Part shown: positions 17,374-24,679 of the stretch, piece by piece
Layout of the letters: each line of letters starts with the position of its first letter
Numbering within the stretch: the first letter of the stretch is position 1
Source: an uncultured bacterium
Lineage (GTDB): Bacteria; Vulcanimicrobiota; Xenobia; Xenobiales; Xenobiaceae
Direction: 5' to 3'
Assembly: GCA_958366945.1 (NCBI GenBank)
Contig: CATXCY010000002.1
Coordinates: forward strand, 66,917 to 130,916
DNA: 64,000 nucleotides
The notes under the pieces: generated by a model
What the model saw: the letters and a program-made list of their open reading frames with translations, nothing else
Databases searched by the model: none
What the model was told of the DNA's origin: nothing
Made by a program: the position numbers and the translations under genes

Positions 17374-17874
17374 TTGAGTAAAAAACATCGTCGGAACGAG
17401 CGTAATCAGGCTAAAAAGAACGAATTGATGCTCCCTTTATCCATTAAGCAGCATCCGGCAGCCAGACGTCCTTGGCTCACTGCAGTGATTGTACTCTTTT
17501 TATTTTTGATGGTCTTTTCTATGTTTAGTTCTAAAGCTGGCTGGAGTGGTTTATTGGTACCGGCTCTTTTGCTGGGCATTATTTTGCATGGTTTGGTTCC
17601 TTATTTTTTCCCCACTACTTTTACTTTCGATAAGGAACAAATAACTGTCAGCCGCTTTGGTAAGCCCTCTATTTTTAAGTGGGATGATTATCGCTCTTAT
17701 TCAGTTCAGGGTAACGGTTTTGTACTGTGGATGGAAATGCATCCAGCTTCCAAAACTTCTTCTTTTTCTGCCTACTTTAAGAGTTTACGCAACTCCGTTT
17801 TTTTGCCTTTAGATGAAGAGGCTATGCAAAAAGTAGAGCCTTTAATTGCTAAAAAATTGGTCAAAACAGAGTAG
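17374..17874 (+). CDS. Membrane protein, 2 TM + minimal YcxB/PH-like domain (paralog 6 of 6)
   Basis: Basic N-terminus and a TM hairpin. Motifs are FTFDKEQITVSRFGKPSIFKWDDYRSYSVQGNGFVLW and VFLPLDEEAMQKVEPLI. TTG start (an in-frame ATG 18 codons later is an alternative). Confidence 0.6.
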   Translation: MSKKHRRNERNQAKKNELMLPLSIKQHPAARRPWLTAVIVLFLFLMVFSMFSSKAGWSGLLVPALLLGIILHGLVPYFFPTTFTFDKEQITVSRFGKPSIFKWDDYRSYSVQGNGFVLWMEMHPASKTSSFSAYFKSLRNSVFLPLDEEAMQKVEPLIAKKLVKTE

Positions 17875-17886
17875 GCAAAGGTTAGT

Positions 17887-18222
17887 ATGAAGATAAATTG
17901 GCGAGAAATGTGGTCTCTGGAGGAACCTTCCAATATAGAAGAAAGCAGAGAAGAAACGGAAAAAGACATTAAAAATATCGCCAGTTCGGTAGTGGCGATC
18001 CATTTGGGCATTCCGGCTTTATGGCTTTTAGAGTCTTGTAAGCCACTATCTTTTATAGCTAACCAAGCTTTGGTCTTTTTCTCTCCGGCGGCTAATTTTG
18101 TAGGACTCGACTCTTGGTGGCGTAAAGCGACGACAATTTCTTCCCGACGTTCCAACGTGGAAGCTTTTATAGAAGCTATCGAGCAATTGGAAATAAAAAA
18201 ACATGAACAAGAAAATAGATAA
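17887..18222 (+). CDS. Small hypothetical protein with a central hydrophobic region
   Basis: 111 aa, starting 12 nt after the previous gene. Its 3' end overlaps the next gene by 20 nt. Hydrophobic segment: VVAIHLGIPALWLLESCKPLSFIANQALVFF. Confidence 0.45.
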   Translation: MKINWREMWSLEEPSNIEESREETEKDIKNIASSVVAIHLGIPALWLLESCKPLSFIANQALVFFSPAANFVGLDSWWRKATTISSRRSNVEAFIEAIEQLEIKKHEQENR

Positions 18223-20005
18223 AGATTCTATCCGTTCTATCTTGGCTACAGATTGTGGCAGCACTACTACCAAAGCCATTTTAATTGAAAAAGGGCCTGA
18301 GGGCTTTCGTTTACGGGCTAGAGGAGAGGCCCCTACTACTGTAGAGGCTCCAGCCGAAGACGTTACTCAAGGTGTGCGCAACGCTATTACTGAGCTTTCT
18401 GAGTTAATTGGGCGTCCTCTTTTAGATGAAAATGGACAACTTATTAAGCCTTACGATGGAAAGCAAGGGGTGGACATTTATCTTTCCACTTCGTCGGCCG
18501 GCGGCGGTTTGCAAATGATGGTAGCTGGTGTAGTAGCCAAAATGAGCTCAGAAAGTGCCCAACGAGCCGCCTTAGGCGCCGGAGCCGTCGTAATGGAAAC
18601 ACTTTCTTCTAACGATTCGCGTCGTCCTTACGAAAAAATTGAGCTTATTCGCAAGCTTCGTCCCGATATGGTTTTGCTTTCTGGTGGCGTTGATGGTGGC
18701 GTGCAAAAACATGTGGTGGAAATGGCCCAACTTTTTAGCGCCGCCGATCCGCGTCCTCGCTTGGGGGTAAACTATAAGCTGCCGGTTATTTTTGCTGGCA
18801 ATAAAGATGTACGCGAGCAAATTAAGAAGATTTTAGGCTCAAAAACAGCTTTAGAAATAGTTGATAATATTCGTCCTACTTTGGAAGAAGAAAATCTTCA
18901 GCCTGCTCGTCTTAAAATTCAGAGTCAATTTTTAGAGCATGTCATGGCCCACGCTCCAGGGTACCCAAAACTTATGGCCATGACAGACGAGCAAATTATG
19001 CCCACGCCGGCAGCTGTGGGAATGATTATGGAGCGGGTGGCCCAAACGCGTTCGATTAACATTTTGGGCGTTGATATCGGCGGCGCCACGACTGACGTGT
19101 TTTCCGTATTCGACGGCCATTTCAATCGTACCGTGTCGGCCAACTACGGTATGAGTTACTCTATTTCCAACGTGGTAGCTGAAGCCGGTTTGAAAAACGT
19201 TATGCGTTGGGTTCCCTTTGATGTAGACGAGCCTCAGTTGCGTAATCGCATCAAAAATAAAATGATTCGTCCGACTTCTATACCTTATCTTATGGAAGAT
19301 TTGGAAATAGAGCAGGCTATCTGTCGCGAGGCTTTGCGTCTTTCCTTTGAACAACACGCTTTGTTGGCCGACGGCTTAAAAGGCGTACAGCACCAGGCTG
19401 AAATAGGCTCAATTTTTAGCCAAGGTGAGAAACGCTCACTTATAGATCCTATGCGTTTAGATATGCTTATCGGCTCCGGCGGCGTACTTTCTCATGCACC
19501 TGAGCGTTGGCAAACGGCTTGGATGTTACTTGATTCATATCTACCTTGCGGCATTACTCAGTTGGCTGTCGATTCTATTTTTATGATGCCGCAACTGGGA
19601 GTGCTTTCTTCTATTTTGCCTGAAGCTGCTGCTTATGTCTTTGAGAAAGATTGTTTAATTGAATTAGGCACTTGTATAGCTCCTCGCTTTACTAACGGTA
19701 AAGCGCTGGCTCCTGGCCAAGATTTGCTTAAAGTTGAGCTTGAAGGTCAAGCGCCTTTCACTTTGCATATGGGAGAAATTAAGGTAAAAAAGTTGCCAGT
19801 AGGGCAAAATATTAAGGCTCGTTTATTCCCTCTAAGTCGCACCGATGTGGGGCGAGGAGCTGAGCAAATTGTAGAGTGTGTGCTTAAAGGCGGTACAACG
19901 GGGTTAATATTTGATGGGCGCGGTCGTGAACCGTTTGTACTTCCTCAGGAACGTTCGGTTCTTATCAACAAACTTCAAGAATGGAAGGCAGCTTTAAAGG
20001 GATAA
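18203..20005 (+). CDS. GlmL/MutL-family (glutamate mutase component L-like) ASKHA actin-fold ATPase
   Basis: Phosphate-1-like ILATDCGSTTTKAILI, SSAGGGLQM, LLSGGVDGG, and a second nucleotide motif ILGVDIGGATTDVF. 600 aa, longer than the clostridial GlmL I remember. Confidence 0.7.
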   Translation: MNKKIDKDSIRSILATDCGSTTTKAILIEKGPEGFRLRARGEAPTTVEAPAEDVTQGVRNAITELSELIGRPLLDENGQLIKPYDGKQGVDIYLSTSSAGGGLQMMVAGVVAKMSSESAQRAALGAGAVVMETLSSNDSRRPYEKIELIRKLRPDMVLLSGGVDGGVQKHVVEMAQLFSAADPRPRLGVNYKLPVIFAGNKDVREQIKKILGSKTALEIVDNIRPTLEEENLQPARLKIQSQFLEHVMAHAPGYPKLMAMTDEQIMPTPAAVGMIMERVAQTRSINILGVDIGGATTDVFSVFDGHFNRTVSANYGMSYSISNVVAEAGLKNVMRWVPFDVDEPQLRNRIKNKMIRPTSIPYLMEDLEIEQAICREALRLSFEQHALLADGLKGVQHQAEIGSIFSQGEKRSLIDPMRLDMLIGSGGVLSHAPERWQTAWMLLDSYLPCGITQLAVDSIFMMPQLGVLSSILPEAAAYVFEKDCLIELGTCIAPRFTNGKALAPGQDLLKVELEGQAPFTLHMGEIKVKKLPVGQNIKARLFPLSRTDVGRGAEQIVECVLKGGTTGLIFDGRGREPFVLPQERSVLINKLQEWKAALKG

Positions 20006-20008
20006 AAT

Positions 20009-21139
20009 ATGAGCAGCGCTTATGTGCCAGGATTAAAAGTTACCGATCATGCAGAATTAAAAATTGAGAGGCGCTTACCGCTTAAGGGCAGCGTTGTGGT
20101 AGCCAAAGGTGATACTGTTAGCTGGAATACGGTTGTGGCCAATACTTTTTTGCCGGGCAGCGTCGAGTTGGTTAATGCTGCGGCCAAACTGGGGATCTCT
20201 CCGGAAGAAGTGCCCCAAGCTATGCTTAAAAGTGAGGGCGACCAAGTATCTAAAGGTGAAACTTTGGCTCGCAGCAAGGGCTTTTGGGGGTTGTTTCGCT
20301 CCAATCTTGCTTCTCCTATTAGCGGCACAGTTGAATCTGTCTCCGAAGTTAGTGGCTTAATCGTTTTGCGGGCGCCTTCTGTACCCGTCGAAATAAATGC
20401 TTATGTCGATGGTATAGTTGAAGATATCCTACCTGAAGAGGGAGTTATTATCAGAACTTCGGCTGTTTATATCCAAGGTATCTTTGGTATAGGCGGTGAG
20501 ACAGCTGGAGAAATTTGCATTTTTACTGAAGATCCCGATGAAGAATTGCAAATCGAGCGTCTTAGTGAAGCTTATAAAGGCAAAATTCTGGTCGGAGGAG
20601 CTTTAGTTACGGCCGATTTCTTGCGTAAAGCTGTGCAATATGGTGTGAAAGCTGTGGTAACTGGTGGCATTTCTGACGCCGATTTAGCCGATTTTTTGGG
20701 TTATGACTTAGGAGTAGCTATTACTGGCTCTGAAGATAAAGGCATTACCTTAATTGTTACTGAGGGCTTTGGCAAGATCGCAATGGCTGAGCGCTCTTTC
20801 AATTTGCTCAAACGCTGTGTCGGCCGTTGGGCTTCCGTTTCCGGAGCTACTCAAATTCGAGCTGGAGTTATTCGTCCAGAAATAATTATTGCTGATAATG
20901 TTGACTCTAAGCCCAGAGAAGAAAAATCCACTGCTGTCTCGTCTGGTTTACATATCGGTTCTAAAGTGCGTCTTATTCGCGAACCTGATTTCGGAAAAAT
21001 AGCTATAGTAGCTGAATTGCCTTCAGAAGCCGAGCTTATCCCCACTGGAGCTAAAGTTCGCGTAGCCAGAGTAAAATTGGACGATGGCCGCTTGCTTTCT
21101 TTGCCCAGAGCTAATTTGGAAATAATTGAAGAAAGTTAA
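20009..21139 (+). CDS. Hypothetical protein with barrel-sandwich-hybrid-like N-terminal motifs and a Rossmann-like middle region
   Basis: Starts 3 nt after the ASKHA gene. KGDTVSWNTVVA and EGDQVSKGETLA resemble lipoyl/biotinyl-type hybrid hairpins. Also GKILVGGA...GVKAVVTGGI and TEGFG. Confidence 0.55.
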   Translation: MSSAYVPGLKVTDHAELKIERRLPLKGSVVVAKGDTVSWNTVVANTFLPGSVELVNAAAKLGISPEEVPQAMLKSEGDQVSKGETLARSKGFWGLFRSNLASPISGTVESVSEVSGLIVLRAPSVPVEINAYVDGIVEDILPEEGVIIRTSAVYIQGIFGIGGETAGEICIFTEDPDEELQIERLSEAYKGKILVGGALVTADFLRKAVQYGVKAVVTGGISDADLADFLGYDLGVAITGSEDKGITLIVTEGFGKIAMAERSFNLLKRCVGRWASVSGATQIRAGVIRPEIIIADNVDSKPREEKSTAVSSGLHIGSKVRLIREPDFGKIAIVAELPSEAELIPTGAKVRVARVKLDDGRLLSLPRANLEIIEES

Positions 21140-21280
21140 AATTAGCTCTATTTTTTTAATCTATTTTTTATCGATTCAGCAGGTATACAACCAGTGGTGT
21201 GGGTATGTGAGAGCGAGATTTGTTGAGGTTTTAAGTCTGTGAACGCTAATTGTACAATAGAAAATACCCAAGATGCCAAT

Positions 21281-23131
21281 ATGGAAGCAGCTGAAATAGG
21301 AGCTGAATTTCCTATCAATCCGGAACTTTTGGAGTGGAAAAAAACAGCCGATATCAAAACTTTGCCCGAACTTATTCGGCGCACTGTAGATGAATACGGA
21401 AGTTGCCCTTATTTGGGAGTCCGTGTCGGCAGTGAATATAAATTTAAAACTTACAACGAAATTTACCAAGAGATCGTCTTTTTTGCTTCGGCTTTATTGG
21501 GAGTTGGTTGTCAAGTAGGGGATAGAGTAGCCAACTTTTCGGCTAATTGTGTGGAATGGCCGGTTGTCGATTTTGGTTCTTCACATGTTGGATGTGTCCA
21601 TGTGCCCATGTATGCCACTTTGAGCCAGAGTGAGTTTGCTTATATCGTTAAAGATTGTGGAGCTAAAGTTCTCTTTGTACTCACCAAAGAACAGTTGCAA
21701 AAGGCTATAGCTTCTGAAGCTGATTTGCGGGATCTCAAGCATATTGTTGTTTCTTCAGCTATAGATTTAAGCGGTATTCAGAGCACTAAGCAACTCTGGA
21801 CTTGGCAAGATTTCCTCCGTTACGGTCGTGTACATTTAAGCCGCTACCAATCGCGTATAGAAGATATCGTAAGCTCCATAAAAACTACCGATGTGGCCAG
21901 CATTATTTATACTTCGGGTACAACTGGTAATCCTAAAGGCGTTATGCTTATGCATGGCAACTTCTGTAGTCAGGTTGTCTCTTTAAAAAAGGTAGTAGGT
22001 ATCAATCATGAAGATGTACACCTCTCTTTCTTGCCTGTAGCTCACGTCTTTGAGCGCATTTTCTTCTACTTGAATACTTATGTCGGCGCTTCACTTGGTT
22101 TTGCTCAGAGTTTAATTACTGTTTTGCAAGATATGCAAGTTTTGCGTCCGACTACTTTTACTAGTGTGCCGGCTTTATATATTAAAATTCATGATCGGGC
22201 CGTCTCCCATATGACCGGTTTTAAGAGCAAACCTTTTAAGTGGGCTATGAAAGTAGGGCGCTCTTACAATGCCAACAAACGTTTAGGCAAGGTAGACCGA
22301 GCCGGTCGTATTATTCATGCTATTACTCGCAAGATGCTTTTCAGCGATTTGTTCAAAAAATTTGGCGGCCGCATTCGCCTTTTTGTCTCTGGTGGAGCTC
22401 CTTTGCCTGCGGATGTGTGTGAATTTTTCCTTGATTTAGGCTTTACTATGCGTGAAGGCTATGGCTTAACTGAAACTGCTCCGGTTATATGCATAAATAG
22501 CGCTGACGATATTTGCCCTGGCTCGGTGGGCCCGGCTGTGCCTTTCAGCTCTTTAAAAATCGCCGAAGATGGAGAAATTCTCACTAAAGGCCCGAACGTT
22601 ATGCGTGGCTATTTCAAAAATTTGGAAGCAACTAAAGAAGTTATTGATTCGGAGGGGTGGTTCCATACTGGTGACGTGGGCTATATTGAAGACTCCAAGC
22701 TTTTTATTACCGATCGTAAGAAGAATCTTTTGGTACTTTCCAATGGTAAAAATGTTGCCCCCAGCCAGATTGAAGCTTCTATTCTGAAGAGTGAGTGGAT
22801 CAACTCAGTAGTTTTAGTCGGCAACAACCGCAGTTGCGTTGGCGCTATCGTAGTGCCCAATTTTGAAAAATTACGCTCTTTCTGCGATAGCAAAAAGATT
22901 AGTGCTGAAAATAATAGCGATATGGTAGCTCATTCTGCTGTCCAGGAACTAATTTGTAACGAAATAAATGAAGCTTGTGCTTCTTTCTCCCCTTACGAGA
23001 AAGTAAAACGCTTCTTTATTTCGCCTCGAGAGTTCTCTTTTTCTATGGGTGAGCTGACGCCTACTCAGAAAGTCAAGCGCTGTGAGGTAGAGAAAAACTT
23101 TAGCGCTGAAGTTGAAAAGATGTTCGGCTAG
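21281..23131 (+). CDS. Long-chain-fatty-acid--CoA ligase (AMP-forming acyl-CoA synthetase)
   Basis: AMP-binding signature IIYTSGTTGNPKGVML, plus GYGLTET and TGDVG...DRKKN. The ORF opens at a GTG at 21239; the first ATG is at 21281. Confidence 0.85.
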   Translation: MEAAEIGAEFPINPELLEWKKTADIKTLPELIRRTVDEYGSCPYLGVRVGSEYKFKTYNEIYQEIVFFASALLGVGCQVGDRVANFSANCVEWPVVDFGSSHVGCVHVPMYATLSQSEFAYIVKDCGAKVLFVLTKEQLQKAIASEADLRDLKHIVVSSAIDLSGIQSTKQLWTWQDFLRYGRVHLSRYQSRIEDIVSSIKTTDVASIIYTSGTTGNPKGVMLMHGNFCSQVVSLKKVVGINHEDVHLSFLPVAHVFERIFFYLNTYVGASLGFAQSLITVLQDMQVLRPTTFTSVPALYIKIHDRAVSHMTGFKSKPFKWAMKVGRSYNANKRLGKVDRAGRIIHAITRKMLFSDLFKKFGGRIRLFVSGGAPLPADVCEFFLDLGFTMREGYGLTETAPVICINSADDICPGSVGPAVPFSSLKIAEDGEILTKGPNVMRGYFKNLEATKEVIDSEGWFHTGDVGYIEDSKLFITDRKKNLLVLSNGKNVAPSQIEASILKSEWINSVVLVGNNRSCVGAIVVPNFEKLRSFCDSKKISAENNSDMVAHSAVQELICNEINEACASFSPYEKVKRFFISPREFSFSMGELTPTQKVKRCEVEKNFSAEVEKMFG

Positions 23132-23154
23132 ATTCTCTTTGGGCTAGCGATATA

Positions 23155-23200
23155 ATAAAGGCCGAGCTGCTTCTATAAAAAGTAGTCCGGCCTTTATTAT
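23155..23200. terminator. Bidirectional rho-independent terminator
   Basis: ataaaggccg (23155-23164) pairs with cggcctttat (23188-23197). A/T runs flank both sides, between convergent genes. Confidence 0.7.
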
Positions 23201-23217
23201 TCTATTGTTAGATTATA

Positions 23218-24153
23218 TTAGCTTTTTACAGCTCCGGCAGTTATGCCTTTTATAAAATGTTTTTGTATAGCTAAGAAGAGTAAAATTAGAGGCAAAGTCG
23301 CTGCTACTGAGCCTGCGGCTACTACGCGAAAATCACTATCGAAGCTGGAAGATAAATAGGCTAAGCCTACGCTTAAGGGATAATGTGAATCAGACTTTAA
23401 AACAACCAGCGGCCAGAGAAAGGCATTCCAATTAGCAGTGAAAGCAAATAAAGCTACGGTAGCTTGAGTAGGTAAAGTAAGGGGCAAACAGACATGGCGG
23501 AATATTTCCCATTCATTGCAACCATCTAAGCGAGCAGCATCTTCCAACTCTTGAGGAATACTTAGAAAGGCCTGGCGACATAGTAATATTGCAAAGACAC
23601 TGACAGCGCCTGGCAAGATTACTCCAGCCATAGTATCGTACAAGCCTAGGCTTCTTATGGTAGCAAAATTGATAATAATGTTAGCCTGACTTGGTAGAGC
23701 CAAAGTAGCCATTAAAATAAAGACGACTAAGCCTTTGCCCTTAAATTGAAAACGGGCTAGTGGATAGGCGGCCAGAGCGGATAAGCTTACTTCTAAAATT
23801 ACTCCAAAGGCACAATAAACTAACGTGTTGAAAAAAAAACGCAACATGGGAAGCTGATCTTGAGCCCCAAGGAGGCGTTGGTAATATTCGCCTGTCCATA
23901 TTTGTGGCCAAAGAACATTCCAACCAGAACCGTAAACTCCGTCTGCGCGGCAAGAAGTGACGAAGAGCCACCAAAAGGGAGCTAGAGCAGCTCCTAAGAG
24001 AAGTAAAATAAAAATAAGCTTTAAAGCTTGGCTTGATGATTTGATAATTTTGGATAAAAGAAAGTTCACGTTGTCCTTAGTGGTGGCAGCATTCCGTTTT
24101 GGGGTAAGTCGCTTTCTTCTTGCTTCCTCGGTTACACTCGGCGCAAGTTCCAT
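23218..24153 (-). CDS. Carbohydrate ABC transporter permease (MalG/binding-protein-dependent family)
   Basis: 6 TM and an EAA loop (ELEDAARLDGCNEWEIFRHVCLPL). The ATG at 24153 overlaps the Fur-family gene by 77 nt. An in-frame GTG at 24068 would remove the overlap. Confidence 0.8.
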   Translation of the reverse strand: MELAPSVTEEARRKRLTPKRNAATTKDNVNFLLSKIIKSSSQALKLIFILLLLGAALAPFWWLFVTSCRADGVYGSGWNVLWPQIWTGEYYQRLLGAQDQLPMLRFFFNTLVYCAFGVILEVSLSALAAYPLARFQFKGKGLVVFILMATLALPSQANIIINFATIRSLGLYDTMAGVILPGAVSVFAILLCRQAFLSIPQELEDAARLDGCNEWEIFRHVCLPLTLPTQATVALFAFTANWNAFLWPLVVLKSDSHYPLSVGLAYLSSSFDSDFRVVAAGSVAATLPLILLFLAIQKHFIKGITAGAVKS

Positions 24154-24508
24154 ATAAAAAGACTACATGCTCATCAACGATAAAATCGCTGGGAATATTA
24201 TGTATATCTGCCCCTATGCAGCAGTCTATTTCGTAAACTTTACCACAATTTTTGCAATGAAAATGGTGATGGTGATGCTTGCCAGCAATTTCATAACAAG
24301 CGCTTTTGCCCGGAATTTCTACGGCTTTAAAAATGCCGTCTTCAGTGAAAAATTTTACACTGCGATAAACAGTGGCTATGCCTAAGTTCGGTAACAAACG
24401 TTGTGAAGCGGTCAAGATCTCTTGAGGAGATAGAGGACGATCGGCCTCTTTTACCACTTGGCGGATGATGTTTCTTTGTTGTGTTCCGCGTCTGACGACT
24501 TTACTCAC
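24077..24508 (-). CDS. Fur-family metalloregulator (Fur/Zur/PerR not resolved)
   Basis: Winged-helix GIATVYRSVKFF, a His-rich HHHHHFHCKNCG, and a second CxxC (CAEC). Confidence 0.8.
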   Translation of the reverse strand: MSKVVRRGTQQRNIIRQVVKEADRPLSPQEILTASQRLLPNLGIATVYRSVKFFTEDGIFKAVEIPGKSACYEIAGKHHHHHFHCKNCGKVYEIDCCIGADIHNIPSDFIVDEHVVFLYGTCAECNRGSKKKATYPKTECCHH

Positions 24509-24679
24509 ACTAAACCTCTTTTGCTGGCAGTTGCTTATGTGAATTATTAGGCAATTGCTCTCTAAATGTAACCCACAAACAAGAGCGGGGGCTGTTTCAT
24601 TTATTGAAAGCTAGCTCCCGCTTTGTCTATTTGCTTTTATTATATATATTCAAGCATAACTCTGGTTGTTCCTTATCTA

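Noticed and set aside
21148-21469. 78-aa and 97-aa minus-strand ORFs upstream of and overlapping the acyl-CoA synthetase start
   Set aside because: They overlap a well-supported gene and its promoter region. The composition looks like non-coding AT-rich sequence.
24509-24679. Fur box upstream of the Fur-family gene
   Set aside because: The AT-rich segment gtgaattattaggcaattgc has only trivial AATT symmetry. It has no convincing 19-bp palindrome resembling GATAATGATAATCATTATC.
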